This document shows positions 37,696 to 47,074 of a stretch of 51,090 nucleotides of DNA, piece by piece. Under the pieces are notes generated by a model that saw only the letters and a program-made list of their open reading frames with translations, ran no database searches and had not been told where the DNA came from. The number at the start of each line of letters is the position of its first letter. Within the stretch, counting starts at the first letter, position 1. Source of the DNA: an uncultured Dehalococcoidales bacterium (lineage in GTDB: Bacteria > Chloroflexota > Dehalococcoidia > Dehalococcoidales > UBA2162); assembly GCA_964499775.1 (NCBI GenBank), contig CAZCMK010000007.1, positions 1-51,090 of the forward strand. Reading direction: 5' to 3'. A program made the translations under genes and the position numbers.

Positions 37696-39903
37696 ATGTC
37701 TAAAATTATCGCTTCAGCGGCTATCAGAGGGGCTCATAAAATCGTAGGCCAGGCTGAAGAAACGTGGCAGAAAGCTATGGATAAATACGGGGCTAACGAG
37801 CCTGTCGGTTTTCCCAATACTGCTTACTATCTGCCGGTCATTTACGGAATGCTGGGCATACCGGTAGAGAAACTCGGTGACATGGAGCAGGTGCTTGAAC
37901 GGTGTAAGGCATTATTACCTCCACCGGTTAGAGAGACCCATCCGCTTCCTTATCTGGCACCGGCTCTCGATGCTGGAATGGCAACCTTTTTTGCCGAGGA
38001 AATCATTGAGGCAATAAGGTATCTGGAGGAACCGGATTTCTATACCAAGCAGGAAGATATTACCGAAGATAATATCTGGCTTGGCGCCGCTGACGATGTC
38101 ATCCTCAGAAAGAGGGGTATTGAGTTTGTTGACGGTACTGCGCCTGGATTTGCTGCCATCCTTGGCGCCGCGCCGACCAGCGAAATTGCGGCGCAGATTG
38201 CCCAGGAATTACAGCAGAAGAACCTGTATGTCTTTATGGGGGGTGAGTATAACGGAAAGAGATTTGCCGATCAGCTTTTGGAAGCCGGTGTGCAAATCGG
38301 ATGGCCGACTCGTCTGGTTTCTTTCGGCCCCGATACCAGTGCTACAGTATTTGCTGCTGGCTTTGCCATCAGAGCGGGTTTTTCATTCGGTGGCATTGGG
38401 CCCGGAGAGTACAGGAAACATCTTATATATAACAAGGACCGTATCTTTGCATTCGCGCTACCACTGGGATATGTTACTGATGAATGGTATGCTAACGCCG
38501 CCGGAGCAATAAATTTTGGTTTTCCCGTGATAGCTGATACCCCTATACCAGAAGTCTTACCTACAGGAATCTGTACCTACGAGCATGTTGTCTCGAATAT
38601 CCCCCATGACCAGCTTGTCGCCAAGGCGGTAGAGGTCAGAGGCCTGAAGGTTTCGGTGTCCGAGGTTCCAGTCCCAGTGGCTTTCGGTCCTGCCTTTGAG
38701 GGAGAAAGGGTTCGTGGCGATGATATCTATCTTGAATGCGGTGGTGGCAGGACTGCAATGGTGGAATGGGTTACCAGCAAGCAGATGGATGAAGTAGAGG
38801 ACGGGAAGATTGAAGTGATTGGGCCCGAGGTAACCGATGTTGAAGCCGGTTCCAAATTACCTCTGGCTATAGTCGTTGAAGTTGCCGGTAGAGAGATGGA
38901 GGAGGACTATGAGCCTATCCTTGAGCGGCAGATTCACCATCTTATTAACTACGCTCAGGGTTCGATGCACATCGGGCAGAGGGATATAGCTTGGTGGCGA
39001 TTAAGCAAACAAGCAGTGGGGAAAGGCTTCAAGATATCTCATATCGGTACCCTTCTCCATGCCAAGCTTCATCAGGATTTTGGTAGAATATTCGATAAGA
39101 TGCAGGTCATGTTATACACTGAAGAAGACAAGGTGCAGAATATAATAGAGCAGGCGAAGGCCACTTATGCCGCTCGAGATGCCAGAATCGAGGGTATGAC
39201 CGATGAAACCACTGACACATACTACTCTTGTACCCTGTGTCAGTCCTTTGCACCAAACCATGTTTGTGTAATAACCCCGGAAAAAACCGGGCTTTGTGGT
39301 TCATATAACTGGATGGACTGTAAGGCTGCCTACGAAATCAATCCTACCGGACCCAATCAACCGGTGGAGAAAGGTGAAATCCTTGATGCCAAGTTCGGGC
39401 AGTGGAAGGGAGTCAATGAGTTTATCTACAAGGCTTCCCGTGGTGCCCTGGACCATTATAACATGTACAGTATAGTGAATGACCCATGGACAACCTGCGG
39501 CTGCTGCGAGTGTGTTGCTGCCATCCTGCCTATGTGTAACGGCGTAATGACGGTAAACCGGGAGTTTACCGATATGACCCCTTGCGGGATGAAGTTCAGT
39601 ACCCTTGCCGGAACTGTAGGTGGTGGTATCAGTACCCCCGGCTTTATCGGGCATGGCAAGTATAATATTTGCCAGAAGAAATTCATTAGTGCTGACGGTG
39701 GTCTTTTGAGAATGGTCTGGATGCCCAAGAGTCTTAAGGAGGAAATCGGCGACCGTATTAAGGCAAGGGGTGAGGAACTGGGTATTCCCGACCTGCTGGA
39801 CATGATTGCCGATGAGACAGTGGGCGTTACCGAGGAAGAGATTCTTCCGTTCCTTGAGGAGAAAGGTCACCCTGCTATTACCATGGACCCATTACTAGGA
39901 TAG
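37696..39903 (+). CDS. acsB: CO-methylating acetyl-CoA synthase
   Basis: 735 aa. A-cluster region ...SCTLCQSFAPNHVCVITPE... and the C-G-C motif in TTCGCCECV. SD GGGAGGG. Confidence 0.95.
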   Translation: MSKIIASAAIRGAHKIVGQAEETWQKAMDKYGANEPVGFPNTAYYLPVIYGMLGIPVEKLGDMEQVLERCKALLPPPVRETHPLPYLAPALDAGMATFFAEEIIEAIRYLEEPDFYTKQEDITEDNIWLGAADDVILRKRGIEFVDGTAPGFAAILGAAPTSEIAAQIAQELQQKNLYVFMGGEYNGKRFADQLLEAGVQIGWPTRLVSFGPDTSATVFAAGFAIRAGFSFGGIGPGEYRKHLIYNKDRIFAFALPLGYVTDEWYANAAGAINFGFPVIADTPIPEVLPTGICTYEHVVSNIPHDQLVAKAVEVRGLKVSVSEVPVPVAFGPAFEGERVRGDDIYLECGGGRTAMVEWVTSKQMDEVEDGKIEVIGPEVTDVEAGSKLPLAIVVEVAGREMEEDYEPILERQIHHLINYAQGSMHIGQRDIAWWRLSKQAVGKGFKISHIGTLLHAKLHQDFGRIFDKMQVMLYTEEDKVQNIIEQAKATYAARDARIEGMTDETTDTYYSCTLCQSFAPNHVCVITPEKTGLCGSYNWMDCKAAYEINPTGPNQPVEKGEILDAKFGQWKGVNEFIYKASRGALDHYNMYSIVNDPWTTCGCCECVAAILPMCNGVMTVNREFTDMTPCGMKFSTLAGTVGGGISTPGFIGHGKYNICQKKFISADGGLLRMVWMPKSLKEEIGDRIKARGEELGIPDLLDMIADETVGVTEEEILPFLEEKGHPAITMDPLLG

Positions 39904-39993
39904 AGAAATAAGTTTCCGGGCTGAGGTTGGATGGATGTTGAAGATGTCACATTTATCCCTGTCATAAATGATACCCGGAGAGGGAGTACGAGA

Positions 39994-41340
39994 ATGGCGC
40001 TTACCGGAATAGAGATTTTTAAGTTGTTGCCCAAGACAAACTGTAAGGAGTGTGGCGTGCCCACCTGCCTTGCCTTTGCCATGGCTCTAGCTGCTGGGAA
40101 AGCAGAATTAAGTGATTGCCCCTATGTTTCCGAGGAAGCAAAGGAAAAACTGCAGGAAGCATCAGCACCTCCAATCAGGGCAGTAACTATTGGCGTTGGT
40201 GATACGGCAGTGAAGGCCGGCGGCGAGACGGTGATGTTCCGCCATGAAAAAAGATTTGAAAACCCTCCCGGTCTGGCTATTCTTGTGAAAGATAGCATGG
40301 ATGATGCCGAGGTTGATGCCAGGCTGAAGAAATTCAAAGAGCTGCAGTATGAAAGGGTCGGTCTTCATCTCCGCCCTGAGCTGGTAGCGGTAAAGGACGA
40401 ATCCGGTGATGCCGCTAAATTCGAGGCACTCGCTGGTAAAATAGTCCAGAACAGTGATGCGGGTATTATCCTGTTGAGCGAGAACCCTGATATACTGGCA
40501 GCCGGACTGAAAGCCTGCGCCGATAAAAAACCGCTGCTTTACGCCGCTACCAAGGACAACCTTGATAAAGTGGCTGCCCTGGCAAAAGAGAATTCTTGTC
40601 CGGTAGCGGTGAAAGGTTCCAATCTGGACGAAGCTGCTGAATTGACTGCCAAACTAGGTGAGGCAGGGATAAATGATATTGTTATCGATTCCGGGGCTAG
40701 AACGGTAAAGCAGGCGTTTCAGGACCAGGTAATCATCAGGGGTTCCGCTCTGATGAATAAATACAAACCGCTGGGTTTTCCCACGATTTCCATTCCTTCG
40801 GAAATGACCGATAACCCGATGAAGGAAGCGGTGATAGCTTCTATGCTTATAGCAAAATACGCCGGTATAGTGGTGCTCTCCGATTTTCAGGGAGAGAGCC
40901 TGTTCCCTCTGCTTGTGGAGAGGCTCAACATTTACACCGACCCTCAGCGCCCGTTAGCTACCACCGAGGGAATATATGAAATTGGTACGCCCGGCGAAAA
41001 TTCTCCGGTGCTCATTACGACTAATTTCTCGCTGACATACTTTCTTGTCTCCGGTGAAATAGAATCAAGCAGGATTCCGAGCTGGCTTCTGGTTATGGAT
41101 ACCGAGGGGCTTTCAGTAATGACTGCCTGGGCAGCAGGCAAGTTTGTAGCTGATGCTATCGCGCCATTCGTCAAGAAGAGTGGTATTGAAGACAAGGTTA
41201 AACATCGCAAGTTAATAATACCGGGATACGCCGCTGCCGAAAGTGGCGGTCTGGAAGAGGAGTTGCCTGGTTGGGAGGTTCTGGTTGGCCCAAGGGAAGG
41301 TTCGCAAATTACAGCTTATCTAAAAGGATGGAGTCCATAA
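39994..41340 (+). CDS. acsC: corrinoid/iron-sulfur protein large subunit (CdhE/AcsC)
   Basis: MALTGIEIFKLLPKTNCKECGVPTCLAFAMALA [4Fe-4S] N-terminus. ATG 39994 is preceded by GGAGAGGGAG. The ORF-track start at 39931 adds 21 unlikely residues. Confidence 0.92.
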   Translation: MALTGIEIFKLLPKTNCKECGVPTCLAFAMALAAGKAELSDCPYVSEEAKEKLQEASAPPIRAVTIGVGDTAVKAGGETVMFRHEKRFENPPGLAILVKDSMDDAEVDARLKKFKELQYERVGLHLRPELVAVKDESGDAAKFEALAGKIVQNSDAGIILLSENPDILAAGLKACADKKPLLYAATKDNLDKVAALAKENSCPVAVKGSNLDEAAELTAKLGEAGINDIVIDSGARTVKQAFQDQVIIRGSALMNKYKPLGFPTISIPSEMTDNPMKEAVIASMLIAKYAGIVVLSDFQGESLFPLLVERLNIYTDPQRPLATTEGIYEIGTPGENSPVLITTNFSLTYFLVSGEIESSRIPSWLLVMDTEGLSVMTAWAAGKFVADAIAPFVKKSGIEDKVKHRKLIIPGYAAAESGGLEEELPGWEVLVGPREGSQITAYLKGWSP

Positions 41341-41350
41341 GGAGGTAAAG

Positions 41351-42226
41351 ATGATCCTTATTGCGGAAAGCATTAATATTATGTCCAAGACTCTCGGTCC
41401 GGCAATGAGGGAAAGGAACCCTACACCTATTCAGGAAATGGCTAAAGCTGAAGCTGAAGCCGGGGCGGACTACCTTGATTTGAACATCGGCCCCGCCCGG
41501 AGAAACGGGGACGAGTTGATGGATTGGGTAGTAAATACCGTCCAGGAGGTAACAGACCTCCCACTCTCGCTTGATACAACCAATCCGGTGGCTATGGAGG
41601 CTGGACTAAAGGTGTGCAAGGGCAAGGTGTTGATTAATTCTATCTCCCTGGTAAGGATGGAAGAAGAGTTGCCATTGGTTAAGAAATATGATGGTGACTT
41701 TATCGGGCTGCTATGGGGAAGAGAGGGAATGCCAAGGGATGCTGATGAGAGAGCTATGATAGCCGCCGAAATTATGACTATAGCCAGTGAGATGGGTATC
41801 CCTAATGAGCGTATCTGGTTCGACCCCATTGTTACCCCGGTAGTTAATATCGAAGCAAATCAATCCAAGCCGTGTATGGAGTTTATGAGCACACTCGAGG
41901 ATATTGTTCCAGGGTCTAGATCTGCGGTTGGATTATCTAATGTCTCTAATGGTGCCCCCACTCCCCTCAGGCCTATGCTTAATCGAACTTACGTGATTAT
42001 GCTGATGAAGTATGGGCTGTACTCAGCAATCGTCGATATCTTTGATACGGAGCTGGTAAAGATAGCCAAGGGTGAGATGCCGGAAATCGTAGACGTCGTT
42101 CACAGAGCTATGGACGGCGAGATAACAGACCTTTCGTCATTGAACGAAAAGGAAGCGCAATACGCTAAAACGGTAAGGGTTCTTACCGGCGACTCGTTAT
42201 ACTCTCACTCATGGCTCGAAATTTAA
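41351..42226 (+). CDS. acsE: methyl-THF:corrinoid/iron-sulfur protein methyltransferase
   Basis: Pterin-binding (DHPS-like) barrel, MILIAESINIMSK...YLDLNIGP...SLDT. SD AAGGAGGT. Confidence 0.9.
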   Translation: MILIAESINIMSKTLGPAMRERNPTPIQEMAKAEAEAGADYLDLNIGPARRNGDELMDWVVNTVQEVTDLPLSLDTTNPVAMEAGLKVCKGKVLINSISLVRMEEELPLVKKYDGDFIGLLWGREGMPRDADERAMIAAEIMTIASEMGIPNERIWFDPIVTPVVNIEANQSKPCMEFMSTLEDIVPGSRSAVGLSNVSNGAPTPLRPMLNRTYVIMLMKYGLYSAIVDIFDTELVKIAKGEMPEIVDVVHRAMDGEITDLSSLNEKEAQYAKTVRVLTGDSLYSHSWLEI

Positions 42227-42260
42227 CATAAATCATTCACTGCAAAAAAGAGGTGTCCTC

Positions 42261-43148
42261 ATGGTTCAAGAAGTACCAGTAGTGTGGTTAGCAGCGTCTT
42301 CTTGCACCGGTTGCAGCATATCGCTGCTGAATTCAGCCAGCCCTTCCATCAAGAATGTGCTGGTTGATGAGGTAATCCCCGGGGTGCACATTAACCTGCG
42401 CTTTCATCAGACGGTGATGGCTGGAAACGGTGAACAGGCGATTCAGATTCTGGAAGATACTGCCAGAGAGAAGAAGGGGAGCTATGTTCTGGCGGTTGAC
42501 GGCTCTATCCCTTCAGGCGACACGGCGGGATACTGTGTTATGGGAGAGAGAAATGGCCGCCCGGTAACTCTGGAAGAACGGCTGGAAGAACTGGCAAAAG
42601 ACGCGCTGGTAATCCTGGCGGTTGGTACATGTGCTTCCTTCGGTGGAATCCCGGCGGCTGCACCTAATCCCAGCAACGCCCGGCCGGTAAGGGAGTTACT
42701 CGAAGACAAGGGCATCGATAAGCCTCTGGTGAATATACCGGGCTGCCCTCCACATCCGGACTGGATTGTCGGTACCATAGCCAGTATTTTGCTGAACGGT
42801 TTGCCCAAAGCTGAGGACCTTGATGATAATCTCAGACCGCTGGCTTTCTACGGCAAACTGATACATGAGAATTGTCCCCGCCGAGCTTATTTCGATGAAG
42901 GCAAATTTGCCAAAAAACCCGGTGACGAGGGGTGTTTATACGAACTCGGTTGTAAAGGTCCGATAACCTATGCGGACTGTCCTATACGACGCTGGAATAA
43001 CGGCACGAACTGGGTTATAGGTGCCGGGTCGCCCTGCCTGGGGTGTACCCAGCCCGAATTTCCAAATCTGCCTTTTTACCAGAAGCTGGTTGACGTTGAA
43101 CTGCCGGTAATCGGTGCTTACTGGACGGGTGAAGAGGAGGACGAATAG
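42261..43148 (+). CDS. [NiFe]-hydrogenase small subunit, no twin-arginine signal (cytoplasmic)
   Basis: Proximal-cluster motifs SSCTGCSIS, GTCASFGG, GCPPHP. Distal and medial pattern HENC...GC-x5-C-x8-C...C-x2-C (CLYELGCKGPITYADCP...SPCLGC). The N-terminus MVQEVPVVWL lacks RRxFxK. Confidence 0.92.
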   Translation: MVQEVPVVWLAASSCTGCSISLLNSASPSIKNVLVDEVIPGVHINLRFHQTVMAGNGEQAIQILEDTAREKKGSYVLAVDGSIPSGDTAGYCVMGERNGRPVTLEERLEELAKDALVILAVGTCASFGGIPAAAPNPSNARPVRELLEDKGIDKPLVNIPGCPPHPDWIVGTIASILLNGLPKAEDLDDNLRPLAFYGKLIHENCPRRAYFDEGKFAKKPGDEGCLYELGCKGPITYADCPIRRWNNGTNWVIGAGSPCLGCTQPEFPNLPFYQKLVDVELPVIGAYWTGEEEDE

Positions 43149-44662
43149 TGACGAAGATAGTCATTGACCCGATGACCAGAATCGAAGGTCATCTTAAGAT
43201 TGAGACAACGGTTGAGGACGGAGTCGTAAAAGACGCTCGCAGCACCGGTAATCTGTTCCGGGGCATTGAGCTTATCCTGCGGGGTAGGGACCCGAGAGAC
43301 GCTCAGGTCATAACCCAGCGGATATGCGGAGTTTGCCCGCAGTCGCACGGCGTAGCAGCGGCTTTAAACCTGGATAGCGCATTCGGTATCGCCGGTCAGA
43401 TACCGGATAACGGGCGGATAATCCGCAACCTTATCCAGGGAGCCCACGTTGTTCAGGACCATATCCTGCATTTCTATCACCTGGCTGCTCTCGATTACGT
43501 GGATGTGACCGATGTGGCGAAATATGATGGAAAAGATTCCGAGTTGAACTCGGTTAAAACATTTATTGAACGCGGCGAACTGGGTCCTTTTGTACCCCGG
43601 TACGAGGGCGACTACAGACTGCCGCCGGAAGTGAACCAGATGGCGACTGCCCACTATATACAGGCGCTTGAAATCAGGCGTATCGGACATGAGATGGTCA
43701 GTATCTTCAGCGGTAAAATACCCCATAGTGTCGGCATTATGCCCGGCGGAGCCACCTGTACCCCCTCGATAGATATGATAACTTCCTACCTGTGGAAACT
43801 GAGAACAGTGCAGGACTTCATCAATAACGTATATATTCCGGATGTCCTGGCGGTAGCCGGAGCCTATCCCGACTATACTGAGATCGGGACTGGATGTAAA
43901 AATCTCCTGTCTTACGGGCAATATGACCTCGAGGGCGGAGAGCCGGATGTCACGAAACAGAAGAGATTGTATATACCCGGGGTTACTTCTGCCGACCTGA
44001 AACCGGGGAAACTGGATGTCGATAAGATAGCCGAATATGTAACGCATTCCTGGTACGAAGACTATCCGGGAGCGAAGCATCCTTCCGTGGGAGAGACCAA
44101 ACCGAACCAGGACAAAGAAGGAGCTTATTCCTGGGTTAAATCTCCGCGGTATGATGGCAAGGTGTACGAAGTCGGACCCCTGGCGAGGCTGGCTGTTAAT
44201 TATGCCAACGGTGACCCTGTGGTGAAAGAGCTAGTAGATTCTGCTCTTGCCCAGTTGAAGGCTCCGCTTGCGGCTCTCTTCTCGGTTATGGGCAGGCACC
44301 TGGCACGGGCTTTATGCGCCAAGCTGACCGCTGATAATCTTGAGAAATGGGTACTGGAAGTGAAACCCGGAGAGCCTACTTATATCGACAATGAAATCCC
44401 CGAAGAAGCTACCGGCTTCGGCCTGACGGAAGCCGCCCGCGGCGCTCTGGGACACTGGATAGAGATAAAAGGCTACAAGGTAGATAACTACCAGTGTGTT
44501 GTGCCCACCACCTGGAATGCTTCACCCAGGGATGAAAACGGAAATCCGGGTCCCATCGAGCAGGCGATAATCGGGACTAGAATAAGAGACAAAGATAATC
44601 CGTATGAGATAGTACGCATCGTTCGTTCCTTTGACCCCTGTCTGGCCTGCGCTATCCACTAG
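43148..44662 (+). CDS. [NiFe]-hydrogenase large subunit lacking a C-terminal extension
   Basis: L1 RIEGH...RICGVCPQSH, L2 DPCLACAIH directly followed by TAG. The GTG start overlaps the small-subunit stop (TAGTG). 504 aa. Confidence 0.92.
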   Translation: MTKIVIDPMTRIEGHLKIETTVEDGVVKDARSTGNLFRGIELILRGRDPRDAQVITQRICGVCPQSHGVAAALNLDSAFGIAGQIPDNGRIIRNLIQGAHVVQDHILHFYHLAALDYVDVTDVAKYDGKDSELNSVKTFIERGELGPFVPRYEGDYRLPPEVNQMATAHYIQALEIRRIGHEMVSIFSGKIPHSVGIMPGGATCTPSIDMITSYLWKLRTVQDFINNVYIPDVLAVAGAYPDYTEIGTGCKNLLSYGQYDLEGGEPDVTKQKRLYIPGVTSADLKPGKLDVDKIAEYVTHSWYEDYPGAKHPSVGETKPNQDKEGAYSWVKSPRYDGKVYEVGPLARLAVNYANGDPVVKELVDSALAQLKAPLAALFSVMGRHLARALCAKLTADNLEKWVLEVKPGEPTYIDNEIPEEATGFGLTEAARGALGHWIEIKGYKVDNYQCVVPTTWNASPRDENGNPGPIEQAIIGTRIRDKDNPYEIVRIVRSFDPCLACAIH

Positions 44663-44722
44663 ATATTCAGGTGATGGTGTCAGGATGAGTTAATGAGCTG
44701 TCCGGACTTTTAAGGAGGAAAG

Positions 44723-45409
44723 ATGATTCTTTCGAGACAAAAACCACTGGAAGAGATACTGGAATACCTGAATGGAGAGAAGAAGGTCTTCCTGTTAGGT
44801 TGTAACGGTTGCGCCCAGGCTTCCGGTACCGGTGGTCCCGAGCAGGTGGAGGAGATGAAAGCCAGGCTGGAAGAAGCCGGCAAGGAAGTTACCGGAAGCG
44901 ACGTGATTGATTTTCTCTGTAATAAAGCCCTGATAAAGTCGAGGCTGAGAAATAAGATAAAAGAAATCGAGGCAGCCGATTCTATACTGGTTATGACGTG
45001 TGGTATCGGTATCCAGGCGACAGCCGCCTCAGTCAATAAGGTCTGCCACCCCGCCTGTGATACGGTCAACCTGGGTGGCAGCCGGGGAGAATGGGTAGGG
45101 AGCGAGAGATGTATGGAGTGCGGCGAATGCCTGCTTGAATACACCGGAGGAATATGTCCTTTGACTGCCTGCACCAAGGGTCTAACAAATGGCCAGTGTG
45201 GAGGCGCATCTCATGGGAAATGCGAACTCAGCCCGGAAAGAGACTGCGGCTGGGAACTGATTTATAAGAGGCTGAAAGACCTGAACAGGCTGGATATACT
45301 GAAGAAATTTATTGCACCCAAAGACTACAGCAAGATGGTGCCTGAACCCGGATTGATGTCCACATCCCGCTGGGCGCTGGAAAAGACTGACGCAAAAGAA
45401 GGGTCCTGA
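44723..45409 (+). CDS. metV: methylene-THF reductase Fe-S/zinc-ribbon subunit MetV (MTHFR_C domain)
   Basis: Cys-rich CMECGECLLEYTGGICPLTACTKGLTNGQCGG and N-terminal GCNGCAQ. SD AAGGAGGAAAG. Confidence 0.85.
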   Translation: MILSRQKPLEEILEYLNGEKKVFLLGCNGCAQASGTGGPEQVEEMKARLEEAGKEVTGSDVIDFLCNKALIKSRLRNKIKEIEAADSILVMTCGIGIQATAASVNKVCHPACDTVNLGGSRGEWVGSERCMECGECLLEYTGGICPLTACTKGLTNGQCGGASHGKCELSPERDCGWELIYKRLKDLNRLDILKKFIAPKDYSKMVPEPGLMSTSRWALEKTDAKEGS

Positions 45410-45410
45410 T

Positions 45411-46286
45411 ATGAGCTTGCGTTCAACCTTAGAAAAAGGAGAATTCGCTATTACCTGTGAAGTTGGCCCGCTTAAGGGGACCGATACAGTAGAAATAGCT
45501 GAAGCAGCCGAACTCCTGCGGGGAAGAGTCCACGCGGCTAATGTTACCGACCAGCAGAGCTCGGTAATGAGGCTGGGCTCAATGGTTACCAGCTATCTGA
45601 TAAAAGAAAAAGGACTCGAACCGATATTCCAGATGACATGCAGGGACAGAAACCGGATAGCGTTACAATCGGACCTTCTGAGTGCCAGCGTACTGGGAAT
45701 CGAAAACGTGCTGGCTATCACCGGCGACCTCCCTTCCCTGGGTGACCATCCCCAGGCGATGGCTGTTTATGACCTGGATTCGGTACAGCTCCTCTGGGTA
45801 ATAGGACGGTTGAATGAAGGTTACGATATGGTGGGTAACGAGCTTAAAGGTAAGACCAGCTTTTTCCCGGGAGCGGTGGTTAATCCCGGAGCGGATACCG
45901 ATACTGCTCTCGATTTCCAGATTCTAAAATTGGAGAAAAAAATAGAAGCCGGTGCCAGGTTTATTCAAACCCAGGCAATTTATGACGTAGACTCATTTGC
46001 TAGATTTATGAAGAGGGTGGAGGGATTCAAAGTACCTATCCTGGCCGGTATAATACCTTTGAAATCAGTCGGTATGGCACGCTTCATGAATAAGAGTGTT
46101 GCCGGTGTCTTCGTACCGGAAGAACTGATTAAAAAGATGGCTGACGCCGAGAATAAGGCCGAGACCGGGATACAGATTGCAGCAGACCTGATTAAAGGGC
46201 TTAAGGATGTCTGCCGGGGCGTGCATATTATGGCTATCGGCTGGGAAAAAAGAGTGCCCCAGATACTCGAGGCCGCCGGACTTTAG
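45411..46286 (+). CDS. metF: methylenetetrahydrofolate reductase
   Basis: 291 aa. FAITCEVGP, HAANVTDQ, MTCRDRNRIALQSDLL, IQTQAIYD. Start sits in a TGATATG junction with the metV stop. Confidence 0.92.
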   Translation: MSLRSTLEKGEFAITCEVGPLKGTDTVEIAEAAELLRGRVHAANVTDQQSSVMRLGSMVTSYLIKEKGLEPIFQMTCRDRNRIALQSDLLSASVLGIENVLAITGDLPSLGDHPQAMAVYDLDSVQLLWVIGRLNEGYDMVGNELKGKTSFFPGAVVNPGADTDTALDFQILKLEKKIEAGARFIQTQAIYDVDSFARFMKRVEGFKVPILAGIIPLKSVGMARFMNKSVAGVFVPEELIKKMADAENKAETGIQIAADLIKGLKDVCRGVHIMAIGWEKRVPQILEAAGL

Positions 46287-46303
46287 TAGAGTCCCGTTAC
46301 CGG

Positions 46304-46966
46304 ATGGAAAATAAACGTATTAAAGTACCAGAGTACAAGAATTACGAATATTCCCTCGAGCAAGCCTATAATATTGTCCGTGATAAACTGCTGAAGATAG
46401 AAGACATCGAACAGCAGTGTAAAGAAAGTGACAGCCAGTACCGGCAGGCAGGTTCATCTAAAATAATCGGTATCCGGTACCTGAGCAGGCTGTATGAGCT
46501 GGTACTGCCGGATATCGAGATTACACCGGCGGACTCCACCGAGGAAGTCCCTTTAAGAGAAAAAGTACTCATCCTCCACTACTTTACACAGGCAAAGGGC
46601 ACCCCGCTTTCCGGAGAGCTAATCACTTTCAGAGAACTGCCGGAAGGAAAGGTTTATTTGCCCACGTTTCTAAAAAGAACCGTTAAACCTCTTGAAGATA
46701 ACTTCGGCAAAGAACCTCACCGCCTTGTGGAAGTCAGCGAGGCGCTGGGTGGTATAGAGACGGATTATGGGGATACGGCGGTAACACTCAATCCTTTCAG
46801 CCGCGTTCCTTTAACTATAGTCCTCTGGCACGGTGATGAAGAGTTCGAACCCAAGGGGAACATTATTTTCGATGCCAGTATAACCGACTACCTCTCGACG
46901 GAAGATATAACAGTGGTTAGCGAGATTATTGCCTGGAAACTGGTAAGGCGATTGCGAGAGGTCTGA
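46304..46966 (+). CDS. conserved hypothetical protein, DUF3786-like
   Basis: 220 aa, starting 17 nt after metF. The C-terminal pattern (VTLNPFSRVPLTIVLWHGDEEFEPKGNIIFDASITDYLSTEDI) resembles DUF3786 as I remember it. The family call is tentative. Confidence 0.6.
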   Translation: MENKRIKVPEYKNYEYSLEQAYNIVRDKLLKIEDIEQQCKESDSQYRQAGSSKIIGIRYLSRLYELVLPDIEITPADSTEEVPLREKVLILHYFTQAKGTPLSGELITFRELPEGKVYLPTFLKRTVKPLEDNFGKEPHRLVEVSEALGGIETDYGDTAVTLNPFSRVPLTIVLWHGDEEFEPKGNIIFDASITDYLSTEDITVVSEIIAWKLVRRLREV

Positions 46967-46978
46967 GAGTTCTCAATC

Positions 46979-47008
46979 CGGAGAGGTCGGCGGAAATCGC
47001 TCCTTTTT
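46979..47008 (+). terminator. weak intrinsic terminator candidate after the DUF3786-like gene
   Basis: GGAGAGGT...ATCGCTCC imperfect stem (4 + 3 bp with one mismatch) followed by TTTTTAT at 47003-47009. Confidence 0.3.
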
Positions 47009-47074
47009 ATCCTGAAGAATCGCGGGGTACTGTAATATCCACACTAAAAATATCACGTTAATTTTAGCGAGTAT

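Noticed and set aside
43364-44080. 238-aa minus-strand ORF inside the hydrogenase large-subunit gene (similar antisense ORFs at 27441-28076, 36227-36751, 39301-39870, 44710-45177)
   Set aside because: All overlap confidently identified plus-strand genes and show no recognisable domains. Treated as antisense shadow ORFs.
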